DNA of 64,000 nt from a bacterium BMS3Bbin09 (GTDB lineage: Bacteria; Nitrospirota; Thermodesulfovibrionia; UBA6902), in the NCBI GenBank assembly GCA_002897915.1, contig BDTS01000055.1, positions 23,479 to 87,478 on the forward strand, in the 5' to 3' direction. The notes beneath the pieces are model-generated. The model searched no databases. It was not told the DNA's origin and worked only from the letters and a program-made list of their open reading frames with translations. The translations under genes and the position numbers were made by a program. Shown here one piece after another: positions 1 to 9,691 of the stretch. The stretch's first letter is position 1; each line of letters begins with the position of its first letter.

Positions 1-867
1 GTTTCCACCGTTCACAATGCCGGTGTGGTCAGGCATAATGGGAGATACATAATGCTCTTCCGCTCTCATCTTCTAAATGGCCGGTGCGTCATTGGTCTGG
101 CGGAAAGCGGAGATGGCTACTCATTTACTGTAAGCCCGGAGCCTTTCCTTGTTCCTGCAAAACAGGGCATCTTCGCCGAATACGAAGAGTATGGAGTAGA
201 GGACCTGCGTATCTGTGCCATGGATGACGAGTACCTGCTCACATACAGCGCATACTCCAGGCATGGTGTGAGGATTGCCCTTGCACGGACCACGGATTTT
301 ACCAGTGTCAAACGTATTGCTCTCATCTCCCAGCCGGACATGAGAAACGTCGTGATCTTCCCACAGAAGTTTGCCGGGAGATATGCCCGTCTTGATCGTC
401 CTCATTCCAAGATATCCCCCTGGTCCATTTACATCTCTTATTCTCCTGATCTGATCCATTGGGGAGACTCGAAGGTGGTTATGAAACCGGCGACTTACCA
501 CTGGGATGAAATGAAGATAGGCCCTGGAGCCACGCCATTCAGGACCAATAAAGGGTGGCTCCATATCTATCACGGGGTCTACCGGACAATGGCAGGTGCA
601 GTGTACAGGTTAGGCGCGGCGTTACACGATCTGGATAACCCGTCCAGGGTGATCGGAATCTCTGATGACTGGATACTGGAGCCCGAAGATCCCTGGGAGA
701 GGACCGGCTATGTACCCAATGTTGTCTTCACCTGCGGGGCGGTCCCGGAAGAGGACGGCACTGTAAAAATTTATTGGGGCGGAGCGGACACCGTAATGTG
801 CGCCGGGTCAGCTCAAATAAGTGATCTCATGGAGATGTGCCTGAATAATTCAAGGGAGCCTTATTAG
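1..867 (+). CDS. GH130-family glycoside phosphorylase (beta-mannoside phosphorylase-like), 5'-partial
   Basis: The frame is open from nt 1 and the ORF-track 'M' at 25 is GTG, so the gene continues upstream of the window. Motifs are typical of GH130 five-bladed propeller enzymes (YHWDEMKIGPGATP, GWLHIYHGV, GYVPNVVFTCG). Confidence 0.7.
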   Translation, partial: VSTVHNAGVVRHNGRYIMLFRSHLLNGRCVIGLAESGDGYSFTVSPEPFLVPAKQGIFAEYEEYGVEDLRICAMDDEYLLTYSAYSRHGVRIALARTTDFTSVKRIALISQPDMRNVVIFPQKFAGRYARLDRPHSKISPWSIYISYSPDLIHWGDSKVVMKPATYHWDEMKIGPGATPFRTNKGWLHIYHGVYRTMAGAVYRLGAALHDLDNPSRVIGISDDWILEPEDPWERTGYVPNVVFTCGAVPEEDGTVKIYWGGADTVMCAGSAQISDLMEMCLNNSREPY

Positions 868-872
868 CAAAT

Positions 873-2369
873 ATGATAAAAACATCCTTAAAGATACGAA
901 GAAGGAAAGAAAGGTTTTTCTCAGAGTCCTCCAGAGTCATAACCCAATTCTACATGCCGGGCAGTGTAGAGCAGATCAACCATATTATAGATCGAGTCCT
1001 TGGTCTTACAGAAGATAAGGTCAAGCAGAGCCTGGACCAGATCATCGCCGGCTTTTCCGCCCGCCACGAGAACATCCTGGAGGTATTCGACAGGAACTTT
1101 AATAAAGTCATGAACTATATTCCGTATGGCACAACGCTCTCAGAGGAGAGACGGTTTCTGATCGGGGCTTATTTTACACATGAATACGCTATACAAGCCG
1201 CTGCCTTCTTTAACCCCTCCATCGTTATGCATATGAATCAGAGCAATCTCAAACAAGGGTGCATCCGGGTTATTATGAGTTTTCGCTCCACCGGTGAAGG
1301 CCACATATCCTCCATTGAATTCAGAAGCGGCATTCTTGATGAAATGAACAACATCCACTTTGATGAAGTCAGCCGGTTTGTAGAAACCCCTGAAGTGATA
1401 AAGAACCCGACCTACGACAAATACGTATTCCAGTTGAAACTGGAAGATATGGAGTCAAAGAACGAGGTATCCGACGAAATCCTGAAGGACTTGTCCGACA
1501 GGTTTTCTTTCGTTGAACTGCAAGCCGCTATCGAGAAGAAGACCCATTCCTGGTATGAAGAGCCGTCTACTTTAGTTCATGAGACGACAGGGAATATGCT
1601 CTGGCTCGCCAGATCCAATTACGAATTAAGATTCAGCAAAGATAAAATGATATCAGAGAAAGTGATCTTCCCGGTCTCTGAAAACGAAAGCCGGGGGATT
1701 GAAGATGCCCGATTCGTACACTTCTACAATGGTGACGACGAACCCATCTACTATGCGACCTACACCGCCTACAACGGTTTCAATATCCTACCCATGCTGC
1801 TGGAAACCAGGGACTTCAATAATTTTAAGATTCGAACGCTCAACGGAGATGCCGTGCAGAACAAAGGGATGGCCCTTTTCCCCAGAAAAATTAATGGGAA
1901 ATATATGATGATCTCCCGTCAGGACGGTGAAAACATGTTTATCATGTCTTCGGACAATATTCACTTCTGGCAGGAAACCAAACTCCTGCAGAAGCCGGAG
2001 TATCCCTGGGAGTTCATACAGATCGGCAATTGCGGATCTCCACTTGAGACCAGGGAAGGATGGATCCTGTTGACTCACGGTGTCGGTCCCATGAGGGAAT
2101 ATTGTATCGGGGTCTGCCTGCTGGACCTGGAAGATCCGACAAAGGTGATCGGCCGCCTGTCTGAACCGCTTCTTTCTCCCACAGAAGAAGAGCGTGAAGG
2201 GTATGTGCCGAACGTGCTGTATACATGCGGAGCCATACTTCACAACGGGGAATTGATTATACCCTACTCCATGTCGGATACCTCGTCAGGCATTGCAGTT
2301 GTCCCTGTAAAGGATTTACTCTCCAGTATGTTGAATAACAGAACCACCAGTGGTTTGGAGGGGAATTGA
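873..2369 (+). CDS. Two-domain protein: ~185-aa N-terminal domain of unknown function fused to a GH130-like propeller
   Basis: The C-terminal ~310 aa repeat GH130 motifs (GWILLTHGVGP, EGYVPNVLYTCGA, ARFVHFYNG). The start is 6 nt after the previous stop and the 3' end overlaps the next gene. Confidence 0.6.
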   Translation: MIKTSLKIRRRKERFFSESSRVITQFYMPGSVEQINHIIDRVLGLTEDKVKQSLDQIIAGFSARHENILEVFDRNFNKVMNYIPYGTTLSEERRFLIGAYFTHEYAIQAAAFFNPSIVMHMNQSNLKQGCIRVIMSFRSTGEGHISSIEFRSGILDEMNNIHFDEVSRFVETPEVIKNPTYDKYVFQLKLEDMESKNEVSDEILKDLSDRFSFVELQAAIEKKTHSWYEEPSTLVHETTGNMLWLARSNYELRFSKDKMISEKVIFPVSENESRGIEDARFVHFYNGDDEPIYYATYTAYNGFNILPMLLETRDFNNFKIRTLNGDAVQNKGMALFPRKINGKYMMISRQDGENMFIMSSDNIHFWQETKLLQKPEYPWEFIQIGNCGSPLETREGWILLTHGVGPMREYCIGVCLLDLEDPTKVIGRLSEPLLSPTEEEREGYVPNVLYTCGAILHNGELIIPYSMSDTSSGIAVVPVKDLLSSMLNNRTTSGLEGN

Positions 2370-4621
2370 AAAAAATAGCAGTAATAGGAAACTACCTCCC
2401 CAGGCAGTGCGGGATTGCAACCTTTACCAGCGATCTGTGTGACGCCCTTGCAGGTCATATGAGAAAAAGCGATGAAAATCTCATCTCAGTGGCCATGGAT
2501 GATATAGATGAAGGTTACGTCTACCCGGAACGTGTCAAGTTTCAGATCAGGGCAAATGTCCAGCCTGATTATATCCGGGCCGCCGATTTTTTAAATGTCC
2601 ACAAGTTCGATGTTGCCATCATCCAGCACGAATTCGGCATTTTTGGGGGAAGTGACGGTGCCTACATTATTAGTCTGGTCAAGAACCTCAGAATGCCGGT
2701 GATGACCACCTTGCATACCGTCCTCCAGGACCCCTCCGACAAACAGCGTTTCATTATTCAGGAACTGGCAAAATATTCCGAATCATTGGTGGTCATGGCC
2801 CACAAGGCCCGATCGATGTTGAAGGAAGTGTACGGCATCGACAACTCAAAAATAGAATTCATTCCACACGGGATTCCTGACACTCCCTTTGAAAGATCCG
2901 ATACATTTCGAAATCACCTTGGTTTGAGTGACAATAAAATTCTTTTAACCTTTGGCCTGTTGAGCCCGGCAAAGGGACTTGACATGATGATCAAGGCCAT
3001 GCCCGGGATTATTAAACGCCATCCTGAGGCAGTCTATATTATTCTCGGGCAAATCCATCCACAAATTGTGAAGGAATCAGGGGATGCCTATCTCCAAAGC
3101 CTTTATCAACTGGTCAACCGGCTCGGCATGAACAATCATGTCCTGTTCAGGAACCGTTTTGTCAGCCTGGACGCTTTAATTCAGTATATAACGGCGGCTG
3201 ACGTCTATATCACGCCATATATCAGTGAACAGCAAATCGTATCTGGCACACTCGCTTATGCCACTGGCATAGGCACCCCCGTTGTTTCCACTCCTTACTG
3301 GTATGCGCAAGAGATGCTGGCTGATGGGAGAGGCAGGCTTGTCGCTTTCAACGACGATCAAGCCATGGCCAAAGCCGTAAACTACTTACTGGATCACGAG
3401 GAAAAACGAATGGAGATCCGCAAAAAGTGTTATCAGTTCGGCCGTTCCATGATCTGGAAGGAAGTGGGTCGAAGCTACCTGAATCTTACCAGTAAGGTGC
3501 TCAAACACACACATGACCGGGCCATACCACAATTTGCGGAAAGGCCGGATGCCAGGATAGTCAGTGAACTTCCTGACATCAACCTGAAACATTTGAGAAT
3601 CATGACCGATGACACAGGGATTCTTCAGCATGCAACATACTCCATACCCGACCGAAGCCATGGCTACTGCGTCGATGATAATGCCAGGGCGCTCATTGTT
3701 GCCTGCATGCATTACTCCCTGCTCAAGGATAAAGGCGTGGTCCCGTTGATTCAGACCTATCTTTCCTTTATAAACGATTCTTTTAATCCGAAAAACGGGC
3801 GCTTCAGAAACTTCATGTCATATGACAGGCGCTGGCTCGAAGAGATGGGAAGTGAAGACTCCCATGGTCGGTCCCTCTGGGGGCTGGGCACTGTCGTGAA
3901 GTGCGCACCCAGTGACTCGATTCGGCGAATGGCTGCAGGTCTCTTTTCAAAAGGCCTTCCGGTAGTGGAAAACTTTACGTCACCCAGAGCATGGGCCTTT
4001 GCCATTATAGGTCTGCAGGCCTATATGGAAGCATACGGCGGGGACACGACGGCCCGCAGGTTGCGCGCAGTCCTTGGGGAAAAACTGTTTGACCTCTTTA
4101 AGAAAGGGGCCTCTCACGACTGGCTGTGGTGTGAAGATAAAGTGACCTATGCCAATGCAAAATTGTCCCACGCACTGATCCTGGTCGGCCAATGGATACC
4201 GGACCCGGAAATGTTCGAGATGGGGATCAACAGCCTGAACTGGCTGCTTGCCAGGCAAAAGGCGCCTGAAGGTCACCTCTCCATCATCGGGAATACGGAT
4301 TGGCACAACAGGGAAGGCGATTCATCCACCTTTGATCAACAACCCATTGAGGCCATGTGTCTGATCGAAGCCAGTGCCGAGGCCTTTCGTGCCACTGGCG
4401 AGAGGAAGTGGATTGAAGAGGGACACCTCTGTCTCAGCTGGTTTCTGGGACGAAATGACCTCAATATGCAGATCTATGATTTTGAAACAGGGGGCTGCTG
4501 TGACGGCATCCAGCCTACCAGTGTGAATGCCAATCAGGGCGCGGAGTCAACCCTTTCATGGCTTATTTCCCTCCTGACCATGTATAAAATCCTTGAACAG
4601 GAAATTTTAGTTAAAAAGTGA
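2366..4621 (+). CDS. Fusion of a GT4 glycosyltransferase (N-terminal ~380 aa) with an (alpha/alpha)6 glycoside-hydrolase-like domain (C-terminal ~370 aa)
   Basis: The N-terminus (IAVIGNYLPRQCGIATFT, GT-B Rossmann halves) is a GT4-type retaining glycosyltransferase. The C-terminal domain has acidic/aromatic motifs (YCVDDNARAL, GGCCDG, NANQGAESTLSW) suggestive of a six-hairpin glycosidase fold such as GH63/GDE-like, but the fold assignment is inference. The TTG start overlaps the upstream stop (TTGA). Confidence 0.55.
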   Translation: MKKIAVIGNYLPRQCGIATFTSDLCDALAGHMRKSDENLISVAMDDIDEGYVYPERVKFQIRANVQPDYIRAADFLNVHKFDVAIIQHEFGIFGGSDGAYIISLVKNLRMPVMTTLHTVLQDPSDKQRFIIQELAKYSESLVVMAHKARSMLKEVYGIDNSKIEFIPHGIPDTPFERSDTFRNHLGLSDNKILLTFGLLSPAKGLDMMIKAMPGIIKRHPEAVYIILGQIHPQIVKESGDAYLQSLYQLVNRLGMNNHVLFRNRFVSLDALIQYITAADVYITPYISEQQIVSGTLAYATGIGTPVVSTPYWYAQEMLADGRGRLVAFNDDQAMAKAVNYLLDHEEKRMEIRKKCYQFGRSMIWKEVGRSYLNLTSKVLKHTHDRAIPQFAERPDARIVSELPDINLKHLRIMTDDTGILQHATYSIPDRSHGYCVDDNARALIVACMHYSLLKDKGVVPLIQTYLSFINDSFNPKNGRFRNFMSYDRRWLEEMGSEDSHGRSLWGLGTVVKCAPSDSIRRMAAGLFSKGLPVVENFTSPRAWAFAIIGLQAYMEAYGGDTTARRLRAVLGEKLFDLFKKGASHDWLWCEDKVTYANAKLSHALILVGQWIPDPEMFEMGINSLNWLLARQKAPEGHLSIIGNTDWHNREGDSSTFDQQPIEAMCLIEASAEAFRATGERKWIEEGHLCLSWFLGRNDLNMQIYDFETGGCCDGIQPTSVNANQGAESTLSWLISLLTMYKILEQEILVKK

Positions 4622-4727
4622 CACGTGAAGTTATGGTTTTGAACCCTTTAAAGACGGGGGATCTGTAATGCAGGACGCATTCGCCATTACCATATTCTTT
4701 ATTGTCTTGGCTATGGAAATATCTTAT

Positions 4728-5915
4728 TTAAGTATTTTTCTTGACGGCTAAAATAAATACCATAAACATTAGCGCGGCCAGAACCGATGTCACCGCCCCA
4801 AAATAAAAAGTGGCCGAGGGCGAGATATGGTCCCACAGCCATCCGCCGAATAGGCTGGCCGGCAACATTGCAAGGCCTACGACAGTATTATAGACACCGA
4901 AGGCTGTTGCCTTGAAATCCGGGGGTATTATAGTTGCCAGGAATGCTTTTTGTGTTCCTTCCGTAAGCCCCATGAAGAGTCCGTAAAATGCAAATAAACC
5001 CCAGATATCCTTTGTATCAGATACCACAGCAAAGCCATAGTATAGAACTGCAAATAATACAAAGCCAGACAGGATAACTCTCTTTCTTCCAAACTTGTCT
5101 GATGCAATACCGGCTGGAATCGAGGACAGTGAATAAACAAGATTAAACACTAAATAAACTATAGGAATCATAACAACAGAAACCCCTGTCTGTTGTGCCC
5201 TGAGTATCAGAAATACATCACTTGAATTTCCCAGGGCAAAGACAGCGGCAATCAAAACAAAAAATTTAAACCTCCAATCAAAATGTTTAATCGTCAGCGT
5301 TGGTTTCTCTAAACATAATGTCGTGGGTTCCTTCTTTTCTTTGATAAAGAAAACAATCAAAAGCACTGCGATTATGCCCGGAATCATTGAGAGCCAGAAG
5401 ATCGTTCTGTAGTTATTTGATAATAATCCGAGCAGGAGAAATGCGACCGCAGGTCCGACAACCGCCCCGAAAGTATCCATCGCTCTTTGAAGACCAAAGG
5501 CCCGGCCAAGATATGCCTTATCAGTTGACTCTGCAATGAGCGCGTCCCTGGGGGCAACACGAATTCCCTTGCCGAATCTGTCAATAAAACGGGAACCCAG
5601 GACATGATGCCAGCCTGAAGCGACGGCAATAAGAGGTCTGCTTAAGGTAGAAATACTGTATCCCGCTGCCATGAGCCATTTCCGGTTCCCTATTCTGTCG
5701 GAAAACCAGCCGGAAAAGACTCTGAGCAGGCTGGCTGTTGATTCAGCAATTCCCTCAATCAGTCCAATAATGGACTTGTTCACTCCAAGTATGTTTGACA
5801 AAAAAAGGGGGACCAGCGGATATATCATTTCAGAACTGAAGTCCATAAAAAAGCTTACAAATCCGGTGACAATCACATTCTTCCCAAAACCAAAAAACTT
5901 TTTGTCTTTTCTCAT
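4728..5915 (-). CDS. Major facilitator superfamily transporter
   Basis: 395 aa with roughly 12 predicted TM helices and an MFS-like loop motif (GWFSDRIGNRK). Confidence 0.65.
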   Translation of the reverse strand: MRKDKKFFGFGKNVIVTGFVSFFMDFSSEMIYPLVPLFLSNILGVNKSIIGLIEGIAESTASLLRVFSGWFSDRIGNRKWLMAAGYSISTLSRPLIAVASGWHHVLGSRFIDRFGKGIRVAPRDALIAESTDKAYLGRAFGLQRAMDTFGAVVGPAVAFLLLGLLSNNYRTIFWLSMIPGIIAVLLIVFFIKEKKEPTTLCLEKPTLTIKHFDWRFKFFVLIAAVFALGNSSDVFLILRAQQTGVSVVMIPIVYLVFNLVYSLSSIPAGIASDKFGRKRVILSGFVLFAVLYYGFAVVSDTKDIWGLFAFYGLFMGLTEGTQKAFLATIIPPDFKATAFGVYNTVVGLAMLPASLFGGWLWDHISPSATFYFGAVTSVLAALMFMVFILAVKKNT

Positions 5916-5930
5916 TAGTCTCCAGCCCGA

Positions 5931-8054
5931 TTACAAATCCGACTTTATTTTTATCAGGTACGCCTCTCCATCAGTAAAAAAAGGATCTCCAGTAAAATTG
6001 CGCCCTGATCCCGGTTTTACTAATTGCATTTTTTTGAAACTTTCAAGTTGTTGCGTTTGAACTAAATCGTTGTACAAGTAGTCCCTTTCAGTATCGATGT
6101 CCGGACTGATTCTATGGGTAATACCCCACTTGACCCCGGCATCGAAACTTGCTGATCCGACATATATGGCATTACCGCTATTGCTTACATATTTTGTCTT
6201 CCAGAATCTAACGTGATGTCTTGTATGGGCAACATTGGTATCCGACGGTTTTTCAAAGGCGAAGTCATTTGTCTGTGCATTCCAGAACAAAGGGGTAACC
6301 GGCGCGGTGGGATATGGTTTATTGAATAAAGCCTCTTTGTATATCTTTGCAAATGATCGAAAACCGGGTGTGTCGGCAAGGAACCAGCCCGCATCCTGAA
6401 TGGATTTGATAAACTGCCTGTCGTTTCCTGCAATGACAATGATATTTATCGGATTCTGTGCCCTGCCAAGGAGGGTTTCTGTATATTTCATATGATCATC
6501 CACAAAAATATCCTGTGCATGATTTACACTTTCATACCCATGCCCGGAATGCGGCATCAGAAGCCCCGGATTGTACCGGCCCGCATAACCGGCATAAAAT
6601 ACGAGCGAAGAAAGGACCAACACTGCCGGTACATATTTTAACTTCCCTTTGGACAACGAAGTTGTTGCGCAAGAGTCAGCTGGTTGCAGATATTTGGAGA
6701 GACTGATTCCGATAAGCAGCCAGAGTGTGCCGATCAGATATCCACTCCACACATCACTTAGATAATGCACCCCCAGGTATAACCGGCTGAATCCGATAAG
6801 GAATATTAGTATGGTCCCGGCAAAAAAGAGATTTATCCGCGACTTCCATTTTGTTGCGCAGCTTATAAGTATGTATATGATAAAACCGTAAAATGAAACA
6901 GCGGCAGTCGCATGCCCGCTGGGAAAAGAAAAAGAATGTTCGGCATATACCTGCCATTCCGGGCGAGGACGGTGGAAGGCGATCTTTCCGAGCATGGTAA
7001 ATATTTCACTTCCTGCAAAAGACAGAAAGAAGGGGACAATATACCATCGCTTTCCTGTTATCCATAATGTCCCGGCTATCGCAGCCGTAAAACCGACTAC
7101 GACCTGCCACTTACCCAGCAATGTAATCCAGAGAAACAACCTTATGAGTTCAGGGGTCCGGAATAGGGGCATAAGATTCGCAATACGAATATCCGCTGCA
7201 ATAATGGGGTCGCCTGTCAGATAGTCTTCAACGATCCCTCCAAAAAGGACAAGGACATAGAAAAAAGCAATGCCGAGAAGTGTCAACGGCAGTCCGGTAA
7301 ACGAGTCCCTTGCGACGCGTTTCTCCAGGAACTGGAAAAAAGAAGGGTGCTTCCGAACCATGCTTTCAACATCGGGGTTTGTAATTACCGCATGTTTGAT
7401 CGAGCGGCCGACTGATGCTGCAAAAGAAAATACCCGATGCCCATATTTCAGGACAGCCAGTTTTATGAGGTAAAGCGCCAGGAAAAAGAGGAAAAGGGCT
7501 GCCAGAAGAAACCCGATTCTGGAGAGCCACATCCGGGCCAGACTCAGGGACTGTGCAAAGACATAACCGGCAAGGATCCATTCAAATCCCCATCCAATAG
7601 CGCCAAGGATGTTCCAGAGCAAAAAAGTCCTTTGCCGCATTCTCACCGTCCCGGCGATAAAAGGCATGATCTCTTTTATTGACGGAACAAAGCGGCCCAG
7701 GAAAACGCTCTTTGCCCCATGTGCATCAAAAAAGGCCCGGGCCTTTTCAAAATGTTCCTGCTTTAAGAACCAGATACCTTTTTGCGCCCATTTGGATCCA
7801 TATTTTTTCCCAAGAAAATAATTAATATTATCTCCCAGAATGGCGCCGACGATGGCAAACCACAGCAGGTCCCCCAAGTCGAGATATCCAAAGGCGGACA
7901 TGGCCCCGAGAAGAAGAATGAGCGTTGAGCCGGGGAGAAACAGCCCCACAATGATTGTGGTTTCAAGCATGGCCGCGAAAAACGCGATCCAATATCCAAG
8001 AACCCCCAGGTGTTCGACTGCAGGTGTAATAATGTTGACAATATAATCAGTCAT
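5931..8054 (-). CDS. Triple-domain membrane protein: DedA/SNARE-associated domain + PAP2 phosphatase + LssY_C-like C-terminal domain
   Basis: The N-terminus carries DedA signatures (ETTIIVGLFLPGST, GRFVPSIKEIMPFIAG). The middle carries the PAP2 tripartite motif (KIAFHRPRPE, PSGHA, SRLYLGVHYLSDV). The C-terminal ~230 aa resemble the C-terminal domain of LssY-type PAP2 proteins; this last assignment is uncertain. Confidence 0.65.
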   Translation of the reverse strand: MTDYIVNIITPAVEHLGVLGYWIAFFAAMLETTIIVGLFLPGSTLILLLGAMSAFGYLDLGDLLWFAIVGAILGDNINYFLGKKYGSKWAQKGIWFLKQEHFEKARAFFDAHGAKSVFLGRFVPSIKEIMPFIAGTVRMRQRTFLLWNILGAIGWGFEWILAGYVFAQSLSLARMWLSRIGFLLAALFLFFLALYLIKLAVLKYGHRVFSFAASVGRSIKHAVITNPDVESMVRKHPSFFQFLEKRVARDSFTGLPLTLLGIAFFYVLVLFGGIVEDYLTGDPIIAADIRIANLMPLFRTPELIRLFLWITLLGKWQVVVGFTAAIAGTLWITGKRWYIVPFFLSFAGSEIFTMLGKIAFHRPRPEWQVYAEHSFSFPSGHATAAVSFYGFIIYILISCATKWKSRINLFFAGTILIFLIGFSRLYLGVHYLSDVWSGYLIGTLWLLIGISLSKYLQPADSCATTSLSKGKLKYVPAVLVLSSLVFYAGYAGRYNPGLLMPHSGHGYESVNHAQDIFVDDHMKYTETLLGRAQNPINIIVIAGNDRQFIKSIQDAGWFLADTPGFRSFAKIYKEALFNKPYPTAPVTPLFWNAQTNDFAFEKPSDTNVAHTRHHVRFWKTKYVSNSGNAIYVGSASFDAGVKWGITHRISPDIDTERDYLYNDLVQTQQLESFKKMQLVKPGSGRNFTGDPFFTDGEAYLIKIKSDL

Positions 8055-8200
8055 TTATTTGCCTTATTCTTTGTTAATCACATAATAAGCTGAAATAATA
8101 TTTACACGCGAATATCGGTCGATTTTTTATTGTAAGGTTTTTTTAAAAAAATCACCTCAAACGCAGTAATAGATTTTCAATCAAATCTTCAGCATATTTT

Positions 8201-8767
8201 TCATGCTGTAAGTTTTTTATAAATGCTTATTATCCATCTGTTTATATATTCAAGTAAAGACCTGCTTTTGTAAATCATAATGCAGGATAATATACTAAAA
8301 AATAATGAGCCTGCCATATCAAACGGAAAGTGTATTCCACAGTACACCCTCCCCCATGAAGTCAATACAGCAACGAATATCATGGCAACGCCTGCGGATA
8401 CCCATCTGCTGAATAAGAGCAGATAAAGAGAAGCACTGAAAAGGAGCGTTGCATGATCGCTTGGAAACGAGGTCTCGGGTGCATGGGATAAGATAGTTGT
8501 CCCTATCCCCGTCATAAATGGCCTTGGATGAAAATAAATAAGGGTTATGGCAAGGTTAAAAAGGAGTCCGAGAGCGGATGCCTCTGTAGCAAGGAGCAGT
8601 GTATTCTTTCTTCTTTCATTGGAGAGAAACCACAGAAAGATAAAAAGTGCCATTACTATATACGGCCCGCTTTCTGCAAAGAATATTGCAATATAATCCA
8701 GTGACGGGTTTTTCCCCGCAGCTGCATTTATCCATTGGAATAGATCTATATTTATGTTATTAAGCAT
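8201..8767 (-). CDS. PAP2-family lipid phosphatase (PgpB/undecaprenyl-diphosphatase-like)
   Basis: PAP2 motifs are present (PSDHATLLFSAS, GRVYCGIHFPFD). The start is taken at the internal Met (MLNNINIDLF) to avoid a 65-nt overlap with the upstream gene. Confidence 0.6.
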   Translation of the reverse strand: MLNNINIDLFQWINAAAGKNPSLDYIAIFFAESGPYIVMALFIFLWFLSNERRKNTLLLATEASALGLLFNLAITLIYFHPRPFMTGIGTTILSHAPETSFPSDHATLLFSASLYLLLFSRWVSAGVAMIFVAVLTSWGRVYCGIHFPFDMAGSLFFSILSCIMIYKSRSLLEYINRWIISIYKKLTA

Positions 8768-9062
8768 TCTTATATTTATCCTCTTCAAACCAGTAACCGC
8801 ATTGTCCTCCGAAGACAGCCACATCTTCTATATCTCTCCGGTCTATTGGGAAAAGCTTGCATACATCAGGTCTGCCTTTCATATACGTCAGGCATAAGTT
8901 GTCTCTAGTGAGCAAGGGACATCTGAATGCCAGTGAGCAGCAACGTGCACATTGACGGCACTGTCCCCTCCTCAATTTCAGTTGGCTCCGGATATAGTCC
9001 TTTTTGAAATGAACAATACATAGCCTCCTTATCTTCCCGATTATATGAATAATTTTAATCAA
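8760..9062 (-). CDS. YkgJ/UPF0153-family Zn/Fe-S cysteine-cluster protein
   Basis: It has a CxxCxxCC motif (CRQCARCCS) plus downstream Cys residues in a small ~100-aa protein. The start codon is uncertain. Confidence 0.45.
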   Translation of the reverse strand: MIKIIHIIGKIRRLCIVHFKKDYIRSQLKLRRGQCRQCARCCSLAFRCPLLTRDNLCLTYMKGRPDVCKLFPIDRRDIEDVAVFGGQCGYWFEEDKYKNA

Positions 9063-9210
9063 AAGAATTCCACGATACTTTGCATATGGGTTAATGATCT
9101 GCTCCTTTGTCTGTTATTTCTGTCTGTCATTCCCGCAGTTGTTTAAGCAGAAATCCAGTCTTTTCAATTGGTTCTGGATGCCCGTGGAAACTGCATCTCT
9201 CAATATAAAA

Positions 9211-9684
9211 TCAACCGATCACGGAATCAACTGCCTTCCTGATAATCCCGGCCGAAAAACCCCTGCGCTGAAGCATGGCCCAGAGCCTTCTCCTGGCGAC
9301 CTTTGCGGGGTAGTTATTGAGTACTCTGAATTTTCTTTCGGCGAATTCCATGGCCGCATCTTCTTCCATCTCCAAGGTATGCCCGGAAAGTGTCTCATCG
9401 ACGAGCCCTTTATCCAATCCCCGTTTGAGCATAAGCATCTTGATGCCGTTCTTGCCGAGTGGTTTTGATCTTGCGGAATAGCTTAAGAGCTCTGAAGCGA
9501 GTTCAGCGTCGTTTATAAGGCCGGATGTTTCGAGAAACTCCATTACAGCGTTTACATCTTCGGACTCAAAGCCTTTTGTCCGTAGCTTATCGAGCATTTC
9601 CTTCCTGCTCCTGGAGCGGTAGCTGAGGAGTTTGTATGCGTATGACCTGGCAGCGATCCTTGGGTCTTTAGGACTTTGGGGCAT
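9211..9684 (-). CDS. recX: RecA regulator RecX
   Basis: 157 aa lying immediately downstream of recA on the same strand, with a helical-repeat RecX-like sequence. Confidence 0.75.
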   Translation of the reverse strand: MPQSPKDPRIAARSYAYKLLSYRSRSRKEMLDKLRTKGFESEDVNAVMEFLETSGLINDAELASELLSYSARSKPLGKNGIKMLMLKRGLDKGLVDETLSGHTLEMEEDAAMEFAERKFRVLNNYPAKVARRRLWAMLQRRGFSAGIIRKAVDSVIG

Positions 9685-9691
9685 ATATACT

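Noticed and set aside
8185-8215. Hairpin CAGCAT-ATTTTT-CATGCTG followed by a T-run
   Set aside because: It overlaps the 3' end of the PAP2 coding sequence and is oriented for a plus-strand transcript that has no upstream gene. It is probably fortuitous.
9094-9468. 124-aa ORF on the plus strand
   Set aside because: It lies entirely antisense to recX and the recX-YkgJ spacer, and has no recognisable domains. It is an ORF-caller artefact in a coding-dense region.
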